DNA from: Malacoraja senta
Lineage: Eukaryota
Length of the DNA: 64,000 bases
Assembly: GCA_038087875.1 (NCBI GenBank)
Contig: CM075977.1
Span: 305,970,001 to 306,034,000 of the forward strand
Direction: 5' to 3'
In this document: piece after piece, positions 1-12,370 of the stretch
How positions within the stretch are numbered: the first letter of the stretch is position 1
Layout: every line of letters starts with the position of its first letter
Notes under the pieces: generated by a model
Database searches by the model: none
What the model was told of the DNA's origin: nothing
Seen by the model: only the letters and a program-made list of their open reading frames with translations
Program-made: the position numbers and the translations under genes

Positions 1-1612
1 CTGGCCTCAACTACCCTCTGTGGCAGAGAGTTCCAGAGATTCACCACTCTCTGTGTGAAAAAGTTTTTCCTCATCTCGGTCTTAAAGGATTTCCCCCTTA
101 TCCTTAAGCTGTGACCCCTTGTCCTGGACTTCCCCAACATCGGGAACAATCTTCCTGCATCTAGCCTGTCCAACCCCATAAGAATTTTGTAAGTTTCTAT
201 AAGATCCCCTCTCAATCTCCTAAATTCTAGCGAGTATAAGCCAAGAGTATCCAGTCTTTCTTCATATGAAAGTCCTGACATCCCAGGAATCAGTCTGGTG
301 AACCTTCTCTGCACTCCCTCTATGGCTATAATGTCCTTCCTCAGATTTGGAGACCAAAACTGTACGCAATACTCCAGGTGTGGTCTCACCAAGACCCTGT
401 ACAACTGCAGTAGAACCTCCCTGCTCCTATACTCAAATCCTCTTGCTATGAAGGCCAACATACCATTCGCTTTCTTCACTGCCTGCTGCACCTGCATGCC
501 TACTTTCAATGACTGGTGTACCATGACACCCAGGTCTCGCTGCATCTCCCCATTTCCTAATCGGCCACCATTTAGATAATAGTCTGCCTTCCCGTTTTTG
601 CCACCAAAGTGGATAACCTCACATTTATCCACATTATACTGCATCTGCCAAACATTTGCCCACTCACCCAGCCTATCCAAGTCACCTTGCAGTCTCCTAG
701 CATCCTCCTCACAGCTAACACTGCCCCCCAGCTTAGTGTCATCCGCAAACTTGGAGATGTTGCTTTCAATTCCCTCGTCCAGATCATTAATATAAATTGT
801 AAATAGCTGGGGTCCCAGCACTGAGCCTTGCGGTACCCCACTAGTCACTGCCTGCCATTGTGAAAAGGACCCGTTTACTCCTACTCTTTGCTTCCTGTTT
901 GCCAGCCAGTTCTCTATCCACATCAATACTGAACCCCCAATACCGTGTGATTTAAGTTTGTATCCTAATCTCTTATGTGGTACCTTGTCGAAAGCCTTCT
1001 GAAAGTCCAGATACAACACATCCACTGGTTCTCCCCATCCACTCTACTAGTTACATCCTCGAAAAATTCTATAAGATTCGTCAGACACGATTTACCTTTC
1101 GTAAATCCATGCTGACTTTGTCCAATGATTTCACCACTTTCCAAATGTGCTGCTATCCCATCTTTAATAACTGACTCTAGCAGTTTCCCCACTACCGATG
1201 TTAGACTAACTGGTCTGTAATTCCCCGTTTTCTCTCTCCCTCCCTTCTTAAAAAGTGGGGTTACGTTTGCTACCCTCCAATCCTCAGGAACTACTCCAGA
1301 ATCTAAGGAGTTTTGAAAAATGATCACTAATGCATCCACTATTTCTGGAGCTACTTCCTTAAGTACTCTGGGATGCAGCCTATCTGGCCCTGGTGATTTA
1401 TCGGCCTTTAATCCATTCAATTTACCCAACACCACTTCCCGACTAACCTGGATTTCACTCAGTTCCTCCATCTCCTTTGACCCGCGGCCCCCTGCTATTT
1501 CCGGCAGATTATTTATGTCTTCCTTAGTGAAGACGGAACCAAAGTAGTTATTCAATTGGTCCGCCATATCCTTGTTCCCCATGATCAATTCACCTGTTTC
1601 TGACTGCAAGGG
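1..1612 (-). mobile_element. CR1-clade LINE, ORF2 RT and C-terminal portion, frameshifted; runs off the window edge
   Basis: ORF 965..1609 has KSPGPD..HPRVLKE and NYRPVSLTSVVGKLLE..QHGFTKGKSCLTNL. The sequence continues into GSVLGP/FADD-type and RTRGHSLRI-type CR1 motifs. Confidence 0.95.
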
Positions 1613-2066
1613 ACTGTTTTAACTAATCTCTTTCTCTTCAGTCATGTTTAGTATTTTGCATGCAGTGACTGCTTGGAGTCTGCGATTCATGGACATCACC
1701 AGTTGATGGGTGTCTTCTCTGATGATGCTCTGCCAGGCCTGTATTATAGCCATCTTTAGCATATGCTTGTTTTGGGGGCTAGTCCCCTTCAGTTTTCTCT
1801 TCAGCATATAAAAGGCATGCTTGATTGGGTTCAGATCAGGTGATTGACGGCCATTCAAGAAATTACCATTTTTTAGCTTTGAAAAACTCCTTTGTTGCTT
1901 TAGCATTATGTTTGGAATCATTGTCTTGCTGTAGAATGAACTGCCAGCCAATGAGTTTTGAGGCATTTGTTTGAACTTGAGCAGATAGGATGTGCCTATA
2001 CACTTCAGAATTAATTATGCTACTACCATCAGCAGTTGTATCATCAATGAAGATAAGTGAGTCAGT

Positions 2067-2201
2067 GGGGTGGAAGATTGCAACCTTCACATGGTCCACC
2101 CTGTTTCGACAAATGCAATCAACCCGGCGTGTACATTCGAATAAGATCAAATAGAACAAGTTGTCCGACAACTTTAGGCTGTGCATGCCATACGCAAGAA
2201 G
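2067..2201 (+). mobile_element. Short non-autonomous retroposon (Vingi-type termini) inserted in the Tc1 transposase
   Basis: 12-bp TSD AAGTGAGTCAGT at 2055-2066 and 2202-2213. Starts GGGG and ends CCATACGCAAGAAG, similar to the neighbouring Vingi tail. Confidence 0.7.
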
Positions 2202-2311
2202 AAGTGAGTCAGTACCTTCAGCAGCCATACATGCCCAGGCCATAACACCCCCACCACTGTGTTTCACAGATGAGATGAAACACAGGCATTCCACTGTGTT
2301 TCACAGATGAG

Positions 2312-2955
2312 GAGAAACGCAGAATGCGGCATTCCGCCTGCAGGAATCCGAAGGCAAGCAGCAACTCTGGCACTATCTCGTCGTGGCATGGACCCAGATC
2401 ACCTCCTATCAGCAGAGAGCAGAGGCCACCTCGATTGAAGTCCCATCATCCCTTTGCTCCACATGGAAAACAACTCCTAGCATCCATCCAGCCAACTGAG
2501 ACAAAAGCACACTGGATAGCCATCAAATGGTCACAGGTGTGGAAGGCAACCTCATCTCCATTACACAGCTACATCTCTTCACCAGATAAAAGCTGTCCAG
2601 GGTCTGACCTCCCCAGGAGCATGGGTGAAGCTCAACAGACTTCGTACTGGAGTTGGGCGTTTCAATGCCAGCATGTGGAGATGGGGACTCCGCCAGAGCC
2701 CAGCCTGTGAATGCTGAGCAGAACAGACAGCCATCTCTTTCCCTCGATCCTGACTAGTCTCCCAGTTCCTGCCACTGAAAAACATCCCCACAGCATGATG
2801 CTGCCACCACCATGTCATCTCTGGGTGCCCGCTCTATCACCCACCAAATGGAGCTCAGGGCCTGGCAGACATTGACGCAGAGACAACAACCTGGCTGCTC
2901 AACACCCGGCTTGAGATCTAACTATTCCTTTGGTTTATGTTTCATTCGCAAGAAG
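2312..2955 (+). mobile_element. 5'-truncated Vingi/Ingi-type non-LTR retrotransposon, 3' end
   Basis: Translates across frameshifts to RLKSHHPF...[14 protein letters not shown]...WGL...C.C...HVISGCP...PPNG, homologous to ORF 28324..29037. Flanked by ACAGATGAG repeats; ends in an AAGAAG tail. Confidence 0.8.
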
Positions 2956-3090
2956 ACAGATGAGATGGTATGCTTTGGATCTTGGGCAGTTCCTTCTCTC
3001 CTCCATACTTTGCTCTTGCCATCAGTCTGATGTAAGTTAATCTTCTGTCCACAAGAACTTTTTCCAGAAATGTGGTTGCTCTTTTAAGTA

Positions 3091-4696
3091 CAGTGCATTC
3101 AGAAAGTATTGAAACCCCTTCACTTTTTCCACATTTTGTTATGTTACAGCCTTATTCTAAAATGGATTAAATTCATTTTTTTAATCATCAATCTACACAC
3201 AATACCCCATAATAAAAAAGCGAAAACAGGTGTTTAGAAATTTTTGCAAAATAATTTAAAAGAAATAACTGAAATATCACATTTACATAAGTATTCACAC
3301 CCTTTACTCAGTACTTTGTTGAGGCACCTTTGGCAGCGATTATAGCCTCAAATCTTCTTGGGTATGACGCTACAAGCTTGGCACACCTGTATTTGGGTAA
3401 TTTCTCCCATTCTTCTCTGCAGATCCTCTCAAGCTCTGTCAGGTTGGATGTGGAGCATTGATGCACAGCTATTTTCAGGTCCCTCCAGAGATGTTCGATC
3501 GGGTTCAAGTCCGGGCTCTGGCTGGGCCACTCAAGGACATTCACAGATTTGTCACGAAGCCACTCCTGCGTTGTCTTGGCTGTGTGCTTAGGGTGGTTGT
3601 CCTGTTGGAAGGTGAACATCTGCCCGTCTCAGGTCCATAACGCTCTGGAGCAGGTTTTCATCAAGGATCTCTCTGTATTTTGCTCCGTTAATCTTTCCCT
3701 CGATCCTGACTAGTCTCCCAGTTCCTGCCGCCGAAAAAGATCCCCACAGCATGTTGCTGCCACCACCATGCTTCACCGTAGGTATGGTATTAGCCAGGTG
3801 ATGAGCAGTGCGTAGTTTCCACCAGACGTGATGCTTGGCATTCAGGCCAGAGTTCAATCTTGGTTTCATCGGACCAGAGAATCTTGTTTCACATGCCTTT
3901 TTTGTAAACTCCATGCGGGCTGTCATGTGCCTTTTACTGAGGAGTGGCTTCCTTCTGGCAACTCTACCATAAAGGCCTGATTGGTGGAGTGCTGCAGATA
4001 TAGTTGTCCTTCTGGAAGATTCTCCCATCTCCACAGAGGAACTCTGGAGCTGTCAGAGTGACCATCAGGTTCTTGGTCACCTCCCTGATCAAGGTCCTTC
4101 TCCCCCGACTGCTAAGTTTGGCCGGGCGCAGCTCTATGAAGAGTCCTGGTGGTTCCAAAGTTCTTCCATTTAAGAATGACGGAGGCCACTGTGCTCTTCG
4201 GGACCTGCAATGCTGCAGAAATTGTTTGATACTCTTCCCCAGATCTGTGTCTCGACACAATCCTGTCTCGGAGGTCTACAGATAGTACCTTCGTCTTCAT
4301 GGCTTGGTTTTTGCTCTGACATGCACTGTCAACTGTTGGACCTTATATAGACAGGTGTGTGCCTTTCCAAATCATGTCAAATCAATTTATTTTATCACTG
4401 ATGGACTCCAATCAAGTTGTAGAAACATCTCAAGGATAACCAATGGAAACAGGATGAACCTAAGCTTAATTTTGAATGTCATAGCAAAGGGTCTGCATAC
4501 TTATGTAAATGTGATATTTTAGTTATTTATTTTTAATTACTTTGCAAACATTTCTAAACACCTGTTTTCGCTTCTTGTTTCTGAGGTATTGTGTGTAGAA
4601 TGATGCTAAAAAAAATTGAATCCATTTTAAAATAAGGCTGTAGCGTAACAAAATGTGGAAAAAGTGAACGGGTATGAATACTTTCTGAATGCACTG
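3091..4696 (-). mobile_element. Tc1 element (family B), both ends intact, frameshifted transposase, nested in Tc1 family A
   Basis: TA|CAGTGCATTCAGAAAGTATT...AATACTTTCTGAATGCACTG|TA with ~200-bp TIRs. ORFs contain [15 protein letters not shown] and [15 protein letters not shown]. Confidence 0.97.
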
Positions 4697-7603
4697 TACT
4701 TCTAGGCAAACTGTAACCCGGCCATCGTATTTTTGCGGCTAACCAGTGGTTCGCATCTTGCAGTGCAGCCTCTGTATTTCTGTTCGTGATGTCTTCTGCG
4801 GACAGTGGTCATTGACAAATCCACACCTGACTCCTGAAGAGTGTTTCTGATATGTTGGACAGGTGTTTTTTTTTCCCCCATTATTATTTGGAGAATTGTT
4901 CTGTCATCAGCTGTGGAGGTCTTCCTTGGCCTGCCAGTCCCTTTGCCATTAGTAAGCCCACCAGTGCTCTTTCTTCTTAATCATGTTCCAAACAGTTGAT
5001 TTTGGTAAGCCTAATGGTTGACTGATGTCTCTAACAGTTTTCTCAGACTCATAATGGCTTATTTGACTTTCATTGGCACAACTTTGGTCCTCATGTTGAT
5101 AAACAGCAATAAAAGTTTCCAAAGGTGATGGAAAGACTGGAGGAAAGACTAGATGCTGAGAGCTCTCTTATACCTGCATTAAGAAGGCAATTAAACACCA
5201 CTGAGCAATTACAAACGCCTGTGAAGCCATGTGTCCCAAACATTATGGTGCCCTGAAATGGGGGGACTATGTATAAACAGTTATAATTTCTACATGGTGA
5301 AACCAAAATGTATAAAAATACCCTTTAATAAAATCTGACAATGTGCACTTTAACCACATTTTTTTATTACAAATCTCAAATTGTGGATTAGAGGCAAATA
5401 AATAAATAACGGGTCTTTGTCCCAAACATTATGGAGGGCACTGTAGATCACATGCAAGCAGGGATGATTAGTTTCAGCATGAACATTGTGAGCCAAGAAG
5501 GCCTGTTCCTGTGCTGTACTGTTCTACTTTAACAGATTGCTTTTAGATTGGGGGCTCAAGGATTTAGACAATGCTTCGATTATATATTTCCAATTAACTT
5601 AGTGATAGAGGTGATGGGCTTTGGAATTGTTGTCATAGAAGTGTGGCCAAGAAACAGCTTTGCGTTTTTCCAGATGGCACACACTGTAGTCAGGAGGAGC
5701 TGAAGGCAGAGTGAATATTTAGAATGAGGTCATCAGGAATAGTGGAATTAGGCCATTCGGCCCATCAAGTCTGCCATTCAATCATGGCTGATCAATCTCT
5801 CCCTCCTAACCCCATTCTCCTGTCTGTGTGTGGTACTTCAGTACCTCTCATTAAGAGTGTCCCAGTAACACTGTTGCTTATCAAGGAGATTGCATCTCAA
5901 AGGGTGTATGTTGGATAAGGCACCAATCAGGTGAGCTGCTAGTTTTGATGGTATCAGCCTTTTGCATGTTGTTGGATCTGTACTCAGCAATGAAGTGGAG
6001 AGTGTTTCACCACCTTCCTGCCTTATGCATTGTAGATACTGGTAATGCTTTGGCTGCCAGGATATACCAGACGTTTCCACATTTTTTAGTAGGACAGTGG
6101 CTAGAGGCTGGCTAGTTCAGGAGCAAGTCTTCTGGCATTACAACAAAATCTTTGGCATGCCCTATAGTCTTTGGTGTAAACAGCATTTTCAACCATTCAT
6201 ATGGTGAAGTGAAGCAAATAGGTTGAAGATTAGATAATACAATGCTGCAGACCTCAGAAGCAAGCTGGAACGGACTATGGCTGCATTTGGTGGTGAATGC
6301 TTGGGTTTAGTCTTTGGCGTTCAATTCTTGTATGAATGACAATAGGCTTAGAACCACCATCCCCTACTAGTTGATTTCTTTAATCCACAACCACTGAATG
6401 TGCCATGACAGTAGAGATTTGATAAATCCACTGTGTTTGGGATCAGATAACTGCCTATTACAAATTGTTTTGCAAACATAGAGTCTTTATATTGCAGTTT
6501 TACGATAGACCATGGATTTTGGGAAGGCTTGGTGCTGCTACCAACATTCCTGCATTCCAATGAACCAGAGCTGCTCACCAAGCTTGATAGTTATGATGGT
6601 CGAAATTTGTACTAAATTTGAAATTTATCACAATCCTTTTACTTCAGATGTTCCACAGTAATGCATTGTTGCACCCAAAAACTAGATGTGGGTAGTGAGA
6701 GGTATTGAAGTGCCACACAGATATATTCTGTATTCCGTATTGTTCATCATAGAGGAATACCAATTCATTAGCTGAGGATGGATAATAGGTGGTCATCAAG
6801 GATGATTCCATTTTTGTGTTTGAATTGGTGCCATGAGACTTCCCAAGTGTCAATGTTATTTGACTCTCAAGGGCACTTACCCCCTAACAGTGTACTACTG
6901 TGCTGCTGGTTTTGGTGAGTCAGGACTACGGATTGTTGGCTGAGTAAAATTATGTCCAGTGGCTATTTAACCAGTTGAAATAGCTCTTCCAATTTCAAAC
7001 CCAGTCTCAGTCCTATTGGTGAGGAGTTTACAGGCCTGACTGAGCCAGGAGTGACATTGCTGTTTCCAAATCTTGTGCCTTGATCAATGGCAGGTACCCA
7101 GTTGGTTTCCATAATTTGCTGGGTGTCATTAGTTAAAACTTGCAGTTGACCATGCTACCATTCTCTTTATTCCCCATTTATCTGAGGGCATACATTTATA
7201 CCAGGTTTATGCTAATCTTTCACCTAACTAAATATTTTGGCGTTCCTGATTCAAGACTTAAATCACTGACTGTTGATTGTGAATAAATAAAGTGAGCCGA
7301 AAATGGACCCCATGAAGGTTTTTATTAACTTTGTGCACAAAAAGATGTTGCTTATAAAACTCTGAAAAGGATTCTGTTTTTGAGATCAAAATACAAAATG
7401 CTGGACATGGCAGTATCTGTGGAAAGAGACGAACAGTTAATGTTTCAGGTCGATGCCCTCCTTGCTTCTCAATTTCTGTTAGTGAGCTTCCCTTTCATTG
7501 TTCTTTCTTGGATGATTTATTAAAATACAGAGTCTGAAGAAGGGTCCCGACCTGAAATATCTTCTTCCAATTCCCCACCCCCCAGATGCTGCTTAACCTG
7601 TTG

Positions 7604-7900
7604 AGTTTAGTTTAGAGATACAACACGGAAACAGGCCTTTCGGCCCACCGGGTCTGCGCCGACCAGCGATCCCCGCATATTAACACTATCCTACACCCAC
7701 TAGGGACATTTACCAAGCCAATTAACCTTCAAACCTGTACGTCTTTGGTATGTGGGAGGAAACCGAAGATCTCGGAGAAAACCCACGCAGGTCACGGGGA
7801 AAACGTACAAACTCCGTACAGACAGCACCTGTAATCGGGATCGAACCTGGGTCTCCAGCGCTGCATTCGCTGTAAGGCAGCAACTCTGCCGCTGTGCCAG
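7604..7900 (-). mobile_element. tRNA-derived SINE (HE1/V-SINE-like)
   Basis: B-box GGTTCGATCCC on the minus strand (~7838-7848), V-domain-like GTGGGAGGAAACCG...ACCCACGCAGGTCACGGG, and a (CTAAA)n tail. Confidence 0.85.
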
Positions 7901-7911
7901 CACTTTGTGCT

Positions 7912-7975
7912 TTTATTAAAGTAACAATTTGATTAAGATACTAAATCATCACAATGAACCGGAAATCCATTTATT
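7912..7975 (-). terminator. Candidate FRG1 polyadenylation signals (AATAAA x2)
   Basis: TTTATT on + at 7970-7975 and 7912-7917, about 210 and 270 nt downstream of the FRG1 stop. Confidence 0.55.
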
Positions 7976-8183
7976 TTTACAATATATTCTTATGAGAAGA
8001 TTAATCTGTAACAGTAGCCACTCAAGGTTACTTTCGTTGTATATCTTTCAAGGCATTTAAAAATATCAAGTTTACATGACACCATCACTGATTACTGTAC
8101 AACACTGTTGTTCTTGGAACACAAACATAATGGTCACATATCCAGCAAAAAAAAAACCCAAGACATTAAAATATATCCTGACT

Positions 8184-8220
8184 TCATTTGCAATATCGGT
8201 CTGCTTTCATCTTGGATCTC
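8184..8220 (-). CDS. FRG1: FRG1 coding exon 9 (..RSKMKADRYCK*)
   Basis: AG acceptor at 8221-8222, TGA at 8184-8186, 37 nt. Matches the FRG1 C-terminus KADRYCK. Confidence 0.95.
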
Positions 8221-8329
8221 CTGCAGAGCAAAGCACAGAACATGTATTATGAAGCTAAAGATTTCAGACTGCCAAAGAATCTAAATGGATAACATTTTGT
8301 GATTTGCTAAATTCAACACAAACAGTTAC

Positions 8330-8440
8330 CTGTCCAGCAAAGTCTCATGGAAAGCACCTTCCGTTCTGGCTTTCTTCAGTATTTTACTGTCTTCTGTATT
8401 CACTCTCAATTTTTGATCTTGAAAACTCTGAAATTTCTTT
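8330..8440 (-). CDS. FRG1: FRG1 exon 8 ([37 protein letters not shown])
   Basis: 111 nt, AG/GT boundaries, FRG1 motifs KKFQSFQD and HETLLDR. Confidence 0.96.
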
Positions 8441-9299
8441 CTGCAATAAAGGGATACAGTGGTAACACAAAATAAGTGGTCAGCACAATGTAACTAAAAA
8501 CTCAATACTGGTTCTATTCTACGTTTCCCCCCCCCTCCAAGTCCTAACTCTGGATCGAGTTTCAGTTTTGAAATTTGAAACGAGAAACATCATCATGAAA
8601 TGTTACAGATGGAGAGAATTAAATTGGAGATAGACACAAAATGCTGGAGAACTCAGCGGGTCAGGTTAGAATTAAATTGGATGGTGCACACCTTTGATGG
8701 AAATTCATTGACAACTTTGTTGGGTGGTCTCTCAGCTGTTCAAAAATTAAAAAGGGTAATAACATTAATGAGTGCACAAAGTTGTGAGCTTATTTAATTT
8801 AAATCTCTGAAAGGGCAATCAGAATATCCTGTAAGTGAAAGGAAACTTGGAACTGTGGACTGACTACCAGATATTTAGGAACGTGAACAAAAATCACTAA
8901 AAGCTGGTGGGCAATTAAAAATATAATTAAACTTTATGGAATACTGACATTTATCTTACTTGCATGTCTGTTTAGAATGCATCGACCTTACCACATTCAT
9001 TTCCAAGGACTACAACTCTGGAAGGAGATTTAGGAAGAAAGTCCATGATCTAAACAATTAAATCAGGAGTGTGCAAAGACTAAATTTATTCCCCTGTTGA
9101 TAGAAGATCATGAGTGATCTAATTAAGATGTGAAAACAGAAAGCCCCTACTGGACAAATCCTGAACAGGCTGTGTACAATTTGATTATTCAGGGAAATAT
9201 TTTTTTTACGTTTTTTAAAAAACACAATGAAACACATTCTCAGATTTCAACCGCCAGAGAAGGGTCATAGTATTTCTGAATTATGTGACAAACGAGATG

Positions 9300-9765
9300 A
9301 TTTAGTCATCGAGTGATACAGTGTAGAAACAGGCTCTTCGGCCCAACTTGCCCACACCGGCCAACATGTCCCAGCTACACTAGTCCCACCTGCCTGCGCT
9401 TGGTCCATATCCCTCCAAACTTGTCCTATCCATGTACCTGTCTAACCGTTTCTTAAACGTTGGGATAGTCCCAACCTCAACTACCTCCTCTGGCAGCTTG
9501 TTCCATACACCCACCACCCTTTGTGTGGAAAAAGTTACTCTTAGATTCCTATTAAATCTTTACCCCTTCACTATGTCCTCTGGTCCTCGATTCCCCTACT
9601 CTGGGCAAGAGATTCTGTGCATCTATCCGATCTATTTCTCTCATGATTTTATACACCTCTATAAGATCACCGCTCATCCTCCTGCGCTCCAAAGAATAGA
9701 GACCCAGCCTACTCAACCTCTCCCTATAACTCAGACCCTCTAGTCCTGGCAACATCCTCATAAAC
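9300..9765 (-). mobile_element. CR1 LINE 3' fragment
   Basis: ORF 9552..9761 reads MLPGLEGLSYRERLSRLGLYSLERRRM.GDLIEVYKI..RTRGH. Confidence 0.9.
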
Positions 9766-10696
9766 TTTAGACTTTATGTGCAATATTTTAGACATATTTG
9801 AGGAACGAAGAATGGCATTTATTTTCCCAGTTTTATATTCTAGATAAAGTTATTACAGGTTTGCTCATCATGTGTTTGGCACAGGGCAGAACTGCCTGTT
9901 GTTCCAGTCTTATACTCACGATGTGATCCTTTCCACTGCAATCATATGACATTCCCCCATGATACACCTTTACTGCTTTCCTGATAAATTACGTCACCAG
10001 TGCCATTTCTTTTCAACATTTTAGATTGCTTCTTCAGTAGGTAAAGCTAATAAAATTAACCAAACTAAACAGGGAATTGAGGACCAAAATTTAATATACG
10101 ATCTACTCACTGCATCTTTTTAAGCAAGACATGAACCTAGATCTGGTAATGAAAAGATACGATCTAAGAGTAGTAAGCCATTTGGTCCCTGCAGACTGTT
10201 CTGTTATTTAATAAGATAATGTCCAATAGTCTCAACTCCATATATTCCACCTTATCAAGCCTCTATCTAATTGCTTCAAAACCTCTGGCCCCCACTGCAC
10301 CACCATCTTTGAGGAAGCATTCCAAAGAGACATCTGTGGCTTAAATGGGTGGCTCTATTTCTAAACAACGACCTCTAGTTCTAGATTATCCCACAAGAGT
10401 ATACATCCTCTGAACATCCACTTTCAAGATTTCTCAGGATGTTTTAAGTTTCCATCAAGTTCCCTCTTGCTCTGTAAAACTTCTTGAGTATTCACAATTA
10501 TTTTCTGTCACTACAAACTAACCTTTCCTGACTATGCACTAGGACATCCAGACCTCTCAGGATCTCAAGTTTTGAAGATTTTCATTATTTAGATAACTGG
10601 CTTCTCTTTTCCATTCTCATTTGTTAGTAAGCATAAAACACTTAAATCTACTTAGGTACTGGCTCAATTGTGGTTAAAGGTTTTTGCAGAACTTAC

Positions 10697-10788
10697 ATAT
10701 AGTTAATCTCACAGTGTTTTACGTTACCCTTGTCTTCATCCAAAAGCTCATCTTTTTCTTTTATTACAATATCAGCGCAGGAACGGAT
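10697..10788 (-). CDS. FRG1: FRG1 exon 7 ([30 protein letters not shown])
   Basis: 92 nt, AG/GTAAGT boundaries, motifs IRSCA and DKGNVK.CEINY. Confidence 0.95.
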
Positions 10789-12370
10789 CTATTGAAATAA
10801 AAATGCAGGTTACTGATTTGGCAAATCCACATGTACTGAGAAGAGGTAGGCACAACAAGGTAAAGTTTTTCTACGATAATAGTATGAAATTATAGATGGT
10901 GCCTGTGCCTGGTGACTCTTTGCATGCTGGTCCCACAGGAGGATCTACCATCATATGATACAATTACCCTGCTCTTTTAAATCTTTTTTCTACATGTAAA
11001 TCCAGCAACATTTCTAGTAGTTCTAACTATATTCTGCACTCTGTAACTTTCCCTTTGCTCTACATTTTCTACTCGAGTTTGGCTTGATTGTATTTATGTA
11101 TATTATTTGATTTGATTGAATAGCATGCAAAACAAAGCTTTTCACTATCACAATGCACATAACAATAATAAAACTAGACCCAAATTATTTCTGGAAATGT
11201 AGAGTGGTGAGAAAGAACACCAATGAAGTGGCAAATGATATTAAACCAGATTTTCCAGTTGCAGACAAAATATCATACTAAAAGACACTGAAGTGTATGT
11301 TTAATAATATATGGTGGCTATTTCAATGGACAATGATAATTTTTTTTTGTATTTTAATGATTTCCAGTCTTGCTGAAATTAAGTAATTAAACTTAGGATT
11401 CAGCAAGACTGGAAATCATAACGATACAAAACCACTATCAAGATTTTCCAGTTCTAATGACAGGTCATCAACCGAAATGTTAAGTCTCTCCATAGATATT
11501 ATCTGAAAGATCAACTTTGCATTATATGTTGTGTCTAATTTACTAATTCTAGTTACAAGATTTGCAGGACATAGGATAAAGTTGTGATGATGTTGCAGTA
11601 TAAATAAAACAATCTATCAAATGGAATAAAATGAGATTGTAAATAAATCCAAAGCAGAGATAAAACTGAGAAATAGATTTGCAGAGAGTTCATAATGTTT
11701 CATGAAAAAAGGCAATGATACTATGTGATTTCAGCTAACCCAAGACAGACTTGGATAATATACTAATGGTGAAAATGAGAAATGATGAAGTTGGTCTGAG
11801 ATCAGTATATTTCCAATTAAAAAGCATTGGTGGATTTTGTTCAGGGAAAGGAAGAAAGGAGAAATATCTTAAGGCAGATCATGATAATAATTGGGATATG
11901 AAAACATAATAATTTATTGATTTGAGAAAAGGCGTAGGCTATTTAGCCTTGAACCTATTCTGTCCAACACGATTATGCTGATCTGCGACAAAACTCCACG
12001 TAACTGTCTTTTCCCTGTATGTCAGTATAATTGGTTAGCAAAATTTATCAATCTGAGAGTTACATTTAACAATCATCTGGCATCGATTGCCATTTGCAGC
12101 AGAATGCTCATAATTTCCTTCATACCATGTGTGAAGCAGATTTCTTAAATTCACATCTGAAAGATGTGGCTGCATTTTTTTGATTCCCCAACCACCAAAA
12201 AAACATTCTTTACGAAATCCTAATATTTTCCCCCAATATTTCAACCCAATCAATCTTCAAATTCCAGGGAATATAATTTTAATCCATGTAAATAGTTATG
12301 CTGATTTAACTCTTGGAGTCCAAGTATAAATCTCGTGAATCAATACTGCAATCCCTTCAAAATCATTACA

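Larger units (their letters stand above)
1620..5443 (-). mobile_element. Tc1/mariner element (family A), one end lost, carrying nested insertions
   Basis: Transposase fragments VKHSGGGVMAWACM, QQDNDSKH and QSPDLNPI. Terminus ...ATGGAGGGCACTG|TA at 5443. Internal direct repeat TGTCCCAAACATTATGG at ~5232 and ~5418 (IR/DR layout). Confidence 0.9.

Noticed and set aside
5820-7150. Possible gene downstream of FRG1
   Set aside because: Only short ORFs; looks like very old LINE debris and cannot be assigned confidently.
7780-7900. tRNA gene
   Set aside because: The A/B boxes belong to a SINE head; no complete cloverleaf, and a second copy occurs at ~41300.
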